Shown: positions 33,769 through 45,714, counted from the stretch's first letter. The stretch is DNA of 64,000 bases from an uncultured Chloroflexia bacterium (GCA_963775855.1 CAVZKO010000008.1:116965-180964), one strand, 5' to 3'. Notes: generated from the sequence alone by a model not told the origin. Made by a program: numbers and translations.

Positions 33769-35643
33769 CGTTGACCCGGTTCCAGCGACTGGCGATGCTC
33801 AGCGTCGCGATGACGCTCGCGCCTCGTGACGATCGGTGTCATCGTCCGCGCCACCGGCTCCGGCATGGGCTGTCCGGACTGGCCGCTCTGCCACGGCCAG
33901 CTGATCCCGCCGCTCGACGACTATCAGGCCTGGATCGAGTGGGTCCATCGCACGGTCGCGGCCGCGATCGGGTTCGTGGTGCTTGCCCTGGCCTTCGTCG
34001 CGTTCCGCGACCATCGCGACCGGCCCAGCCTCCTGTGGCCGTCGGTCGGGGCCGTGCTTCTCGTCGGGTTCCAGGCGTGGCTCGGGCGCGAGACGGTCCG
34101 GCTCAACAACTCCGGCGAATCGGTGACGGCGCACCTGGCGGCCGCGATGGCCCTGGTCGGGCTCCTCGTGTACATCCTCGTCCGGTCGTTCTATCCGGCG
34201 CGTATCGGCGGCCGGGGTGGCAGCCAGCGGTTCACGCTGCTCGCCGCGTTCGGTGCCCTGGCGGTCTTCGCCCTGCTCCTGTTCGGGTCGCAGGTGACGG
34301 CCACGTCGCAGTGGTTCGTCTTCCCCGACTGGCCGCTGATGAACGGCTCGCTGCTGCCGCCGCTCAGCGAGGGCACGTCGGCCCACGTCCTCCACCGCTG
34401 GGTGGCGATCGTCGTCGGCCTGATCGTGGCGGCCGTGACCCTTGCCGCGTGGCGGACACAGCGCTCGAACAGGGCGATCCTCCGGCTTACGCTGGTCGCG
34501 GCGATCCTCTTCCCGATCCAGGCGGTCATCGGCGGCCTCCAGATCCTGACCGACCTGGCGGGCTGGACCCAGACGCTCCACGTCGCCCTGGGCGCCCTGA
34601 TCTGGGCGGCGATGGCGGCTCTCGTCACGACGAGCTACTACGCGGCGAGGACCGCGCCCGCCCCGGCCGGCGACCGGACGGGCGCGACCGGCGGCCGGAT
34701 CGGCGGCGACGAGAGCAACGCTGAGCGGCACACCAGGACCGACACGGTTCGCGCCTACATCGCCCTGACCAAGCCCCGGATCATCGAGCTGCTGCTCGTC
34801 ACGACCGTCCCCGCGATGGTCCTCGCCACGCGCGAGGTGCCGGGGATCCAGGTCGGCCACTGGGCCTGGCTCACGCTCTGGACGCTCGTCGGCGGGACGC
34901 TCGCAGCGGGCAGCGCGAACGCGATCAACTGCTACCTCGATCGCGACATCGACGAATTGATGGTCCGCACCCGACGCCGGCCGCTGCCGGCCCACGAGGT
35001 CGACCCCGAGCGGGCGGTCGTGTTCGGCCTCGTCCTCGGGGTGATCTCGTTCGTCGTCCTGGCGTGGTTCGTCAACCTCCTCTCGGCCTTCCTCGCCCTG
35101 CTGGCGATCGCCTTCTACGTCGTCGTCTACACGATCGTCATGAAGCGGACGACGCCCCAGAACATCGTGATCGGCGGGGCGGCGGGGGCCCTGCCGCCGG
35201 TCATCGGCTGGGCGGCGGTCACCGGCAACGTCGGCATCCCGGCGCTCCTCCTCTTCGCCCTCGTCTTCTACTGGACGCCGCCCCACTTCTGGGCGCTTTC
35301 GCTGCGGATCCGGAAGGACTACGCGGCGGCCGGCGTGCCGATGCTGCCCGTCGTCCGGGGCATCCCCGAGACGACCCGCCAGATCGGCCTCTACGCGATC
35401 CTCATGGTCGCGATCTCGCTCGTGCTGTGGGCCGTCGCCCGGATGGGCTGGATCTACCTCGTCGCGGCGGTCGTGCTTGGCGCGATCTTCCTTCGCCAGG
35501 CCTACCGCCTGTGGCGCGAGGGCGCCTCCGAGGAGGCGTCGACCGCCGGCGCGATCCGCCTCTACAAGTACTCGATCTCGTACCTGACGCTGCTGTTCGC
35601 GGCAATCGCGGTCGACGCGATCGTGGCCGTCCCGCTCGGCTGA
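33769..35643 (+). CDS. ctaAB: Fused heme A synthase (CtaA/COX15-like) and protoheme IX farnesyltransferase (CtaB/COX10, heme O synthase); one frameshift near 33820
   Basis: A single 605-aa ORF, 33826..35643. The N-terminal half has RATGSGMGCPDWPLCHGQLIPP and 8 TM helices with conserved His residues. The linker is YYAARTAPAPAGDRTGATGG. The C-terminal half has the UbiA-fold motifs YIALTKPRIIELLLVT...NCYLDRDID...MKRTTPQNIVIGGAAGALPPVIGWAAVTG...YWTPPHFWAL. The extreme N-terminus RFQRLAMLSVAMTLA is in the adjacent frame (ORF 33771..). Confidence 0.8.
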
Positions 35644-35710
35644 GGCAGCTCCGTCCCGCGCGCCAGGCTCTCGTGCCCGCGAGCGGGCCGAAACGTCAAG
35701 CGGCCCCCGG

Positions 35711-37453
35711 ATGGACGCTCCGATGCCACCCGCGGCGTGGCACGATGGGCCGATGGAGATCCACTTCCTCGGCGGTGCCACGACGGTCACCGGCTCCCAG
35801 TTCCTGCTCGTCACCGAGCGTGCGCGAATCCTCGTCGACTGCGGGATGTTCCAGGGCAGCCCGAACGAGGCCGTTCGGAATCGGATCCCGCTCGGGTTCG
35901 ACCCGGCAACGCTCGACGCCATCCTCCTGACCCACGCCCATCTCGACCACTGCGGGCTGATCCCCCACGTCGTCGATGAAGGATTTCGCGGGCCCGATCA
36001 TCGCGACCCACGGCACGTGCGAGCTGGCCGAGCTCGTCCTCCTCGACTCGGGCCACCTCCAGGAGGAGTTCGCCAAGCGCGAGGCGCGCTGGGAGAAGAA
36101 GCATCCCGACGAGGCGGTCACGGACGACCAGGAAGAGCGCGCGGCGTACGACGCTGCGCTCCGGCTTGCCGAGAACCCGGCCGCGGCGACGCCCATCGCC
36201 CCGGACGCCGCGACGATCGCATCGGAGGCGGCCTCTGAAGAGGTGGCGGTCGCGACCGAGACCGGCGGCGAAGGTGCCTGGGCGATTGCGTCTCACGGGG
36301 CCGGGCATGCCGTCCGCCGCGCCGGCCGGCGCCGCGATCGACGACCTCGAGGACGACCTTCGCCGCCAGCCGCCGGTCCTCGAGGTTGACCTCGACGAGC
36401 CGCTCTACACGCAGGACGAGGCCCGGCGGGCCCTGGAGCAGTTCAAGGCGATCGACTACGACGAGGAGATCGAGGTCGCGCCGGGCATCACTGCGACGTT
36501 TGTCGACGCCGGCCACATTCTCGGCTCGGCGATCATCCGGGTCCGCGTCGCCGAACGCGCCGGCGAGCCGGAACGGACGATCGTCTTCTCGGGCGACCTC
36601 GGCCGGCCGGACACGCCGATCATCCGCGACCCGACGATCCTGACCGACGCCGACTACATCCTCATCGAATCGACCTACGGCGGCCGCGAGCACGAGCCGC
36701 AGGACGAGGCCATCCGGGTGCTCGCCGAGACGGTTCGGCTCGTGGCCGAAGCCAACGGCGTACTGCTCGTCCCGTCGTTCGCGATCGGGCGGACCCAGGA
36801 GGTCGTCTGGCAGCTCGATCGGCTGATCGACGACGGGGCGATCCCGCTCCTGCCGCTCTATCTCGACTCGCCGATGGCCTCGAAGGCCTCCGACATCTAC
36901 CGCACGCCATGCCGACTACTTCGACGAGGAGACCGCCAAGCTCCTTCGGGCGGGCGGCTCGCCACTCGACTACCCGGATCAGCACGTGACCCGCCGCGTC
37001 GAGGAGTCGCAGGCGATCGCCACGGCGCCCCGGCCGTACATGATCGTCGCCTCGAACGGGATGCTGACCGGCGGCCGCGTCGTCGGTCACCTCCGCAACC
37101 TGATCGGCGATCCGGACGCGACGATCCTGTTCGTCGGCTACCAGGGCGAGGGGACGCTCGGGGCCCACCTCCAGGCCGGCGCCACCGAGGTCAAGATCGA
37201 CGGCCAGCTCCGCGAGGTCCGCTGCCAGATCCGCTCGATCAGCGGCTTCTCGGCCCACGCCGACGAGTCGGAGCTGCTCGACTGGCTGTCGAACTTCGCC
37301 CGCGGCAAGCAGCCCGGCGACAAGGGCTACCCTCGCCGCGTCTTCCTCGTCCACGGCGACCCCGAGGCCCAGATCGCGATCGAGCCGAAGGTCAAGGCGC
37401 TGGGCTTCGACACGAAGATTCCGCACTGGCGCGAGCGGGTCGTCATCGACTGA
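35711..37453 (+). CDS. MBL-fold beta-CASP ribonuclease (RNA-metabolising metallo-beta-lactamase) with an internal acidic low-complexity insertion, split over 4 frames
   Basis: ORF 35711..36238: IHFLGGATTVTGSQFLLVT...ILVDCGMFQG...ILLTHAHLDHCGLIPH. The 36166 frame: DYDEEIEVAPGITATFVDAGHILGSAIIRV...IVFSGDLGRPDTPIIRDP...ADYILIESTYGGREHEP...LLVPSFAIGRTQEV. ORF 36986..37453: C-terminal RNA-specificity domain ISGFSAHADESELLDWL...RVFLVHGDPEAQ. Confidence 0.7.
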
Positions 37454-37635
37454 CCGAGGTCCGCGGCGTGGCCCGCGTGCTTGGCGTGTCCCGTGGCGCG
37501 GAACCACGGGCACCATCAGGCGGAACGCCGGGGGCATTGGAATCGGGCCGCCACACAATCGGGCGCATGGTTGAGCTTGCTCAGCGACCGGTGCAGGAGG
37601 GTACGCTGGCGGCAACGGCCGCTCCGGCCGACTCG

Positions 37636-39199
37636 ATGGGAGCCTTGATGCGGCCGTCGTTGAACATCCTGGGCGACGAGCTGACCGGCCGGATCGTCGA
37701 CGAGGCGAAACGCGTCCTGGCCGAGGTCGGGATGGAGATCCGCGGCCCGGAGATGCGGCGCCGCCTGATCGAGCACGGTCTGCCCACGAACCCGACCGGA
37801 GAACGCGTCCTGTTCCCGCGGGACGTCGTCGAGGCCGCGATCGCCTCCGCGCCCGAGTTCGTTCATGCTCTACGACCGCGACGGCGAGCCGCACGCTGAC
37901 CTCGGCGGCGACCGGGTCCACTTCGTCCCGGGCTCGTCGGGCCTCAAGGTCCTCGACCACCGGACCGGCGAGACGCGCCTCGCGAACTCGACCGACTTCA
38001 CCGAGTACGTCCGGCTCGCCGACGGCCTCGAGCACATCGCCTACCTCGCGACGGCGTTCTCGACGAACCTCGACATCGAGGCCCAGGTCTCCGATGCGTG
38101 GCGCCTCTACATGACCCTGACCAACTCGAAGAAGCCCGTCGTGTCGGGCGCGTTCACCGAACACGGCGTGCCGCGGATGGTCGAGATGATGCAGCTGTTC
38201 CGGGCGGATCGAGCCGACCTCATCGCCCGCCCGATGAGCATCTTCACGATCACCGCGACCGGCAACTTCCGGTACAGCGAGGACTCGTGCCAGAACCTCA
38301 TCGACTGCGTCGAGGCCGGCATCCCGGTCGAGATCGTGCCGGTCACGCTGATGGGGCTCATCGCTCCGGTCACGATCGTCGGGGCGACGGTCTTCCACAC
38401 CGTCGACGTGCTCGCCGGGATCACGATGGCCCAGGTCATCAAGCCCGGCGCGCCGGTCCTCTTCGGCGGCGCCCCGGCGACGTTCCACATGAAGATCGCG
38501 AGCGCGCCGATGGCCGCGATCGAGGCGCTCCGGCTCGACGTCGCGTACATCGCGGTGGCCAAGGCGCTCGGCCTGCCGTGCCAGTCGTACATGGCCCTCT
38601 CCGACGGCAAGATCCTCGACGCCCAGGCCGGCGCCGAGACGTTCGGCAGCGCACTGCTGGCGGCCCTCGCCGGGGTCAACTCCGTGTCCGGCCCCGGGAT
38701 GCTCGACTTCCTCCTGGTCTTCAGCCTGCCGAAGCTCGTGTTCGACGACGAGATGTGCGCCCAGGCGCTCCAGTTCGTACGGGAGGTCCAGCCGGCCGAC
38801 GACCTGCCCGTGTCGGCGCTGATCGACCAACTCATGGCCGACCAGCACCTGATCATGGCCGAGCACACGATGGCCCACTGGCCGTCGGAGCTCTACCTGC
38901 CGAGCACGATCGTCGACCGCGACAACCGCGAGGCGTGGCTCCGCCTTGGCGGCAAGGACACGTACCAGCGGGCATGCGACGAGGTCGAGCGGCGGCTCGC
39001 GGCCTACCGCCAGCCGGAGACCGATCCGGCCATCGACGCCGAGCTGCGCTCGATCATCCAGGCCGGCCTGACCGACCAGACGATGCTTCCCGAGATCCCG
39101 CCCGCGCCCGAACCGGCCGCCGTCGTCCCGTCGGGTGCCGCCGCCCGCCGCCAGAACCCGCGCCGCCAGCGCATCAGCCAGGAGGGCCCACCGGCATGA
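37636..39199 (+). CDS. Trimethylamine-methyltransferase (MttB) superfamily protein, non-pyrrolysine type (quaternary amine:corrinoid or THF methyltransferase-like); one frameshift near 37860
   Basis: N-terminus [31 protein letters not shown]...[20 protein letters not shown] in the 36166 frame. ORF 37865..39199 (444 aa) carries the rest of the TIM-barrel ([14 protein letters not shown]...[22 protein letters not shown]...). No in-frame amber codon is needed. Confidence 0.75.
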
Positions 39200-40370
39200 C
39201 CAGCCCGACCGCGACCCCGGCCACGTCCGACTCGTCGACGCTCTATTTCGGGCCCTGGTACCGCCGATCGCCGTTCTTCGAGAAGACGCTCGCTGCCGGC
39301 TGCAGCGCCTACGACATCTACAACCACATGTACCTGCCGGGCTACTACGGCGACCCGGTCGAGGAGTACTGGGCCCTGCTCAACGGCGTGACGATCTGGG
39401 ACGTGGCGGTCGAGCGGATCGTCGAGATCACGGGCCCGGATGCGTCGGCGTTCACGAACACGTTGACCTGTCGCGACCTGACCAAGTGCGCCGTCGGCCA
39501 GGGCAAGTACGTGCTCATCACCGCCGAGGACGGCGGCATCGTCAACGACCCGGTCCTGCTGCGCGTCGAGGCCGACCGCTGGTGGCTGGCCCTCGCCGAC
39601 TCCGATGCCGGGCTGTGGGCGCGCGGCGTCGCGATCAACTCCGGCGATGGACGTCAAGGTCCGCGAGCCGGAGGTCTATCCGGTCCAGGTCCAGGGCCCG
39701 AAGTCGAAGGACGTCATGGCGACGCTGTTCGGCGATGCCGTTCATGACATCAAGTACTACTGGACGCTCACGACCGAGCTGGATGGCATCCCGGTCGTCA
39801 TCAGCCGGACCGGCTGGACCGGCGAGGTCGGCTACGAGATCTACCTGCGCGACCCGTCGCGCGGCGGCGACCTCTGGGACAGGATCATGGAGGCCGGCCG
39901 GCCGCACGATATTCGGCCGATCGCGCCATGCGAGGCACGCCGCATCGAGGCCGGCATCTTCAACTACGGCTCCGACATGACGATCGACAACAACCCGTTC
40001 GAGATCATGGGGTTGGAGCGGCTCGTCGAGCCGCAGGAGGCCGACTACATCGGCAAGGACGCGCTCGAGGCGATCCGGGCGCGCGGCGTCCACCGCAAGC
40101 TCGTCGGGATCGAGTTCGAGGGCGACGCGCTGCCGTTCGAGATCTCGCGGAAGCTCGCCGCGCGTCACGACGGCGAGACCGTCGGCACCGTGACCGACCT
40201 CATCTGGTCGCCGCGGCTCGAGCGGAACATCGGCTACGTCTGGGTGCCGTTCGGGCTGTCCGCGCCGGGCACGGCCCTCGAGATCGAGGCGCCGGACGGC
40301 GGCCTGCTGGCCGGCGACGACGGCAGCGATCCCATTCATCGACCCCCGCAAGGACACCCCGAAGTCATGA
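39196..40370 (+). CDS. Aminomethyltransferase (GcvT/DmdA-like, folate-binding) family protein, frameshift near 39640
   Basis: The ATG overlaps the mttB stop (ATGA). N-terminus in the 38098 frame ([67 protein letters not shown]). Remainder in the 39605 frame ([18 protein letters not shown]...[15 protein letters not shown]). The C-terminus ...[18 protein letters not shown] is recovered in a third frame. Confidence 0.65.
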
Positions 40371-41560
40371 CGTCGCCGCTCACCGCCGACGAGATCGCGG
40401 CCGTCCGGAAGCCGTACCGTGCGGCGTCGCTCCTACCCGGCCGGGCGTACCACGACCCCGCGATCCACGACTTCGAACGACGTGAGTGGTTTCGCCACGA
40501 CTGGATGGTCGTCGGGCGGGAGGAGGAGGCGCCGACGGCCGGGACGTACTTCACCGCGCAGATCGACGACGAGCCGCTGCTGATCGCCCGCGGCCGCGAC
40601 GGCGAGCTGCGAGCGTTCTACAACGTCTGCCGCCACCGCGGGACCGCGGTCGTCGAAGAGGCATGCGGCAAGGCCGTCCGATTCCAGTGTCCGTATCACG
40701 CCTGGATCTACGACCTCGAGGGCAAGCTCGTCCGCGCCAAGCACACCGACGACCTCGACGACTTCAGCTTCGACGAGTTCGGCCTCGTGTCGGTTCGGAT
40801 GGAGACCTGGCAGGGGTTCGTGTTCGTCAACCTATCTCCGGAGGCGCCGCCACTCGTCGAGTGGCTCGGCGACCTGCCGCCGCATCTGGCCCGGTTCGAC
40901 TTCTCGGGGCTGCGAAGCGCCCACGAGGTGACCTACGAGGTCGACGCCAACTGGAAGTTCATCGCCGAGAACTACAGCGAGTGCTATCACTGCCCCGGCA
41001 TCCACCCGCAGCTCAACAAGCTGACGCCGTACGACCTCGGTGGCGACTTCGCCCCGACCGGGCCCTGGCAGGGCGGCTGGATGGAGCTCGTCGAGAGCGC
41101 CGAGACGATGGCGATCGACGGCGGCCATCGCAACGGGCGACCGGCGATGGCCGGCATGACGCCCCTCGACGAGCGGCGGATCTACTACTACCTCGTCTGG
41201 CCGACGACGTTCCTGTCGATCCACCCCGACTACCTGCTCATCCACCGCCTCGAACCGGCCGGTGCGGACCACACCCGGATCACCTGCCAGTGGCTGTTCG
41301 AGCCCTCGACGATCGCGACGCCCGGCTTCGACCCGTCCGACGCGATCGCGTTCTGGGACCTGACAAACCGCCAGGACTGGCACGTCTGCGAGCTGCAGCA
41401 TCGCGGGACGCGGTCGCAGAGCTGGACGGCTGGCCGCTACTCGAACCAGGAGCCGAGCGTCCACGCGTTCGACCTGATGGCGGTCGACCGATATGCGAAC
41501 GACGGCATCAACTCGGCAGCGGACGGTCCGGCTCCGGTACGACGTCCCGACGCCGAAGGA
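40367..41560 (+). CDS. Rieske [2Fe-2S] non-heme iron oxygenase alpha subunit (GbcA/CntA/Stc2-like N-demethylating oxygenase); 3' end uncertain
   Basis: The ATG overlaps the GcvT-like stop (ATGA). Rieske motif CRHRG-x17-CPYHAW. Catalytic domain with NYSECYHCPGIHPQLN and downstream conserved Asp/His. The ORF reads on to 41782, implying an undetected frameshift or stop loss at the 3' end. Confidence 0.7.
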
Positions 41561-41675
41561 CGGGGAGGCCGATGTCTTCGAGGGCGACGTCGCGGCGGTT
41601 CGCCTGCCCCGCGCCGGGGACTCACCGACGTCCCGGTCCGATGCCCGGACGAGAGCGGCGACCCGCGGCTGACCC

Positions 41676-42498
41676 TCAGCCCGGCGGCGCCTCGTCCTCG
41701 TCGACGACCGCCCGCCCCTCGCCACGGAACGCCCCGAGCCGCCACGCGGCGAGGATCGCAAGGGCAGTTGCCGCGACGATGATCGTCGAGATCGCGTTGA
41801 TCTCCGGCGTCACGCCGAACTTGATCTTGCCGTAGATGTAGAGCGGCAGGGTCGAGCTGCCGACGCCCGAGTTGAACGTCGTCACGACGTAGTCGTCGAA
41901 GCTGAGCGAGAACGCGAGCAGGGCGCCCGCGATCACCGCCGGGAGGATGATCGGCAACGTCACGTAGCGGAATGCGCCCCAGGCCGACGCGCCCAGATCG
42001 CGCGCGGCCTCCTCCAGCTGCGGGTTCATGCTCGCCGCCCGCGCGCGGACGATGATCGCGACGTAGGAAATGCAGAACGTGATGTGCGCGACCCACAGCT
42101 GGAGCAACGAGCCATGGGCGTCGAAGAGCTGGAGGAAGAACAGCAGGAGCGCGAGGCCCATCACGATCTCGGGGGTGACCATCGGCACGAGCAGCAGCGT
42201 CTCGGTCGCGCCGCGGCCGCGGAAGCGCAGCCGTGCCAGGCCCAGCCCCAGGAGCGACCCCAGGATCGTGGAGACGAGCACCGCGACGACGGCGACCTCC
42301 AGCGTCACGCTGAGCGCATCGATCAGCTCGTCGTTCGAGAACAGCTGCGGGTACCACTTGGTGCGTGAAGCCCTGCCACACCAGGCCCCGCCGGGCGCTG
42401 TTGAACGAGAAGATGATCAGGACGACGATCGGCGCGAAGAGGAAGGCGTAGACGAGCAGCGCGTAGACCGACAGCCAGCGGTTCCGCTCGGGGGTCAT
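41676..42498 (-). CDS. ABC transporter permease (PotC/PotI-like), one frameshift
   Basis: N-terminus in ORF 41437..42498 (MTPERNRWLSVYALLVYAFLFAPIVVLIIFSFN). Body in ORF 41676..42308 (PMVTPEIVMGLALLLFF...DLGASAWGAFRYVTLPIILPAVIAGALLAFSLSFDDYVVTTF). Confidence 0.75.
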
Positions 42499-42513
42499 TG
42501 AAGGTCAGCGCTC

Positions 42514-43376
42514 TCAGTCGCCACCGATGACCTCCCGCCGCAGCGTCCGCAGCGCGAGCAGCGTCCCGCCAAGCGTGACGATCATGAGCACGAACCCGAG
42601 AGCCGCGCCGTACGGCCAGTCTCGCCCGGCGAGGAACAGCTCCTGGATGTTCTTGGCGATCGTCGTCGTCTGCGGCCCGCCCAGGAGATCGGGCGTGACG
42701 AAGTCGCCGAGCGCCGGAATGAACGTCAGCAGCGCCGCGGCGATGATGCCCGGCATCGTCAATGGCAGGGTCACGTGCAGGAACGCCTGCCGACCCGAGG
42801 CGTACAGGTCCCGCCCGGCCGCCACGAGGTTGGTGTCGAGCCGGTCGATCGAGACGAACAGCGGCAGGATGGCAAAGGGCAGGAAGCCGTACGTCATGCC
42901 GAGGATCACCGAGATGTCGGTGTTCATGAGGATGATCGGCTCGTGGGTGAGCCCGACCGCCTGGAGGATCGAGTTCACGACGCCGTTGTCCCGCAGCAGG
43001 ATCATCCACGAGTAGGTCCGGATCAGATAGCTGGTCCAGAACGGGAGCATGACGAGGATGATCAGCAGGACCTTGTGGCGACCACCGTACCGGCTGATCC
43101 AGTAGGCGATCGGATAGCCGATCGCGAGCGACAGGACCGTCGTGATCGCGGCGTACCGGATCGAGTTCAGGAACGTCGGCAGGAAGACCGGGTCGAACGC
43201 CTTGAAGTAGTTGTCCAGGCTCGGGCTCGCGAGAGACACCCGATCGAGCGCGTCACGTGATCCGAGACTGACGACAAAGATGAACGCCAGCGGGACGACG
43301 AAGAACAGGACGAGCCAGCCGACGCCGGGCAGCAGCAGCGCCGCGCCGCGCAGCCGCGAGAGACGGCCAGGAGTTG
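42514..43376 (-). CDS. ABC transporter permease (PotB/PotH-like); 5' end approximate
   Basis: ORF 42514..43239 (IGYPIAYWISRYGGRHKVLLIILVMLPFWTSYLIRTYSWMILL...DLYASGRQAFLHVTLPLTMPGII). A TM1 extension is recoverable upstream in another frame. Confidence 0.75.
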
Positions 43377-43382
43377 CCCCGG

Positions 43383-44598
43383 TCAGCCGCGCAGCTCCTG
43401 CCAGCGCGACAGGTACTCGTCACGCACGTCCTGGTCGAGCGCCAGCAACTCCTCGAGCTTGTCGACGATCTCCTGGTCGGGGTTGATCGTCGGGTCTTCC
43501 AGGATCGCCGGGTCGATGAACTCCTTGGCCGCGGCGTTCGGCCCCATGTAGTAGATGAGGTTCGTGTTGGCCGCGCTCTGTTCGGCGTCGAGCAGGTGGT
43601 TGATGAACAGTTGTGCGGCGATCGGGTGGGGCGAGCCGGTGAACGTCGCGACGGTGTCGGACCCCTTCACCCCTCCCTCGTCGGGGATGTAGTACGCGAA
43701 GTCCGGGATCGTCTCCTGGATCGCGAACCGGTCGGCGCCCCAGATGTGGCCGATCCAGATGTCGCCCGACGTCATCGTCCCGATCGTGTCGGTCGAGTAC
43801 GTCCTCACCAGCGGCTTCTGCTGCTTGAGGAGCGCCAGCGCCTCGTCGAGCTCACCCGCGTCATCAGTGTTCGCGGAGTGCCCGAGCTGGATCAGCGTCA
43901 GCCCGAAGACCTCCTGCCAGTCGTCGAGCATCGAGATGTGCTGCGACCAGCGCGTATCCCAGAGTGCCTTCGAGCTTGTGGGAGCCTCGCCGCCGAGCCG
44001 CGCCGGGTCGTAACCGACGCCCGTCGTCCACCACATGTAGGGGACGGAGTACGTGTTGCCGGGGTCGTAGCCTGGATTCGCCCACTCCGTGCCCAGGTTC
44101 TTGATGTTCGTCAAGAGCGATTTGTCGAGCTTGGCGATCGTGCCCTTGGCGATCATGTTCGGCACGTCGACCGAGATCGGAAAGCTGATGTCGTAATCCC
44201 CGCCGTCGTCGCCGAGTTTCGTGTACATCTCGTCGGTCGTCGAGAAGAAGCTCTGGGTCACCTTGACCTTGTACTTGGCCTCGAACGACTTGATGACCTC
44301 GTCGGCAAGGTAGTCGGTCCAGTTGAGGATGTTGAGCTCCGCCTCCGGCGAAGGGACCGGCGTCGGGGACGGCGGGCGAGGATGCTCCGGTCGACGGCGA
44401 AGCGACGATCGCGGTCGCGGCCGGGCTTTGTGTTCCGCCGGCAGACGTGCACGCCGCGATGATCGGGGCGAGTGCGGCTGCCGATCCGACCCGGGCGATC
44501 CGCTCCAGCAGCTCCCGCCGGCTCAGCTGACGCTCGACCATGTACCGGACGAGGGCCTTCTCCAGGTCGATCGTCGACCCGTCGTAGCGTTCGCTCAT
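43383..44598 (-). CDS. ABC transporter substrate-binding lipoprotein (PotD/PotF polyamine-binding family) with a Tat-like signal; one frameshift near 44260-44340
   Basis: N-terminus MSERYDGS...RRELLERIARVGSAAALAPIIAAC in ORF 43864..44658. Mature domain in ORF 43383..44261 (VPYMWWTTGVGYDP...FINHLLDAEQSAANTNLIYYMGPNAAAKEFID). Confidence 0.75.
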
Positions 44599-45714
44599 GC
44601 CAGAACCTCCTCCTGATCCCGATCCCCGGCGAGGACGAGCGCCTCGGCCGGCTCCCACGTGACGTCGACAGCGCTGCCGACGGCGAAACGGTTCACGGTC
44701 TTCGGTGCGAGCGCGGTGATCGCAAGCCCGCCGCTCGAGCGGACGTGGTACTGGACGCTGCCGCCGAGGTACGCGACCTGTTCCACCGTGGCAGCGATGG
44801 GCTTGGGAGAGTACGAGGTCCCGTTCGAGGGGCGGAGTTGGACTGATTCCGGGCGGATGCTCAGCTCGATCGAACGCCCGACGACGAGGTCCGCCCGACC
44901 GACCACACAGGTCTCAGCCGACTCCAGCCTGACGATCGCGTGATCGGCATCGACCGACTCGACCGTGCCGGTGAGCAGATTCGTCGTTCCGATGAAGTCG
45001 GCCACAAAGCGGGTCGTCGGTCGCTCGTAGAGCTCTTCCGGCGTCCCGAGCTGCTCGACCCGGCCGCGGTTCATGACCGCGATGCGGTCGCTCATCGTGA
45101 GCGCCTCCTCCTGGTCGTGGGTCACGTACACGAACGTGATCCCGACCTCCGCCTGGACCCGCTTCAGCTCGACCTGGAGCTGCTTTCGGAGCTTGAGGTC
45201 GAGTGCCCCCAGCGGCTCGTCCAGGAGCAGCACGTTGGGACGGTTGACGAGCGCCCGGGCGAGGGCGACGCGCTGCTGCTGACCGCCGGACAGCTGTGTC
45301 GGACGGCGCTTCTCGTAGCCCGCGAGGTGGACGAGGTCGAGCGCCTCCCCGACGCGTCGGCGAATGTCGCTCGGCTCGACCTTCCTTCGCCGCAGCCCGA
45401 ACGCGATGTTGTCGCCGACGTCGAGATGGGGGAAGAGGGCGTAGTTCTGGAAGACCATGTTGACCGGGCGCTTGTCCGGCGGATCGGCCGTGACATCCCG
45501 CCCGCGGAGCTCGATCCGCCCGAGGGTCGGCTGCTCGAAACCGCCGATCATGCGGAGCGTGGTCGTCTTGCCGCAGCCCGACGGCCCGAGCATCGAAAAG
45601 AACTCGCCCGACCGGATGTCGAGGGTCACGCTGATCGACGGCACGGACCTCGCGGAAGTGCTTCGACAGGTGGATCAGGCGGATCTCGGGCGCTCTCTCC
45701 GCACGCTCGATCAT
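44595..45714 (-). CDS. potA: ABC transporter ATP-binding protein (PotA-like, with C-terminal TOBE/MOP domain)
   Basis: ORF 44595..45644: Walker A GPSGCGKTT, signature LSGGQQQRVALARAL, Walker B LLLDEPLGALD. The N-terminal 23 aa are in the adjacent frame (ORF 44914..45714, MIERAERAPEIRLIHLSKHF). Confidence 0.85.

Noticed and set aside
33178-33774. 198-aa plus-strand ORF between pyrE and ctaAB
   Set aside because: It is antisense to the better-supported lipoprotein gene (32737-33662, minus) and has no recognisable domain.
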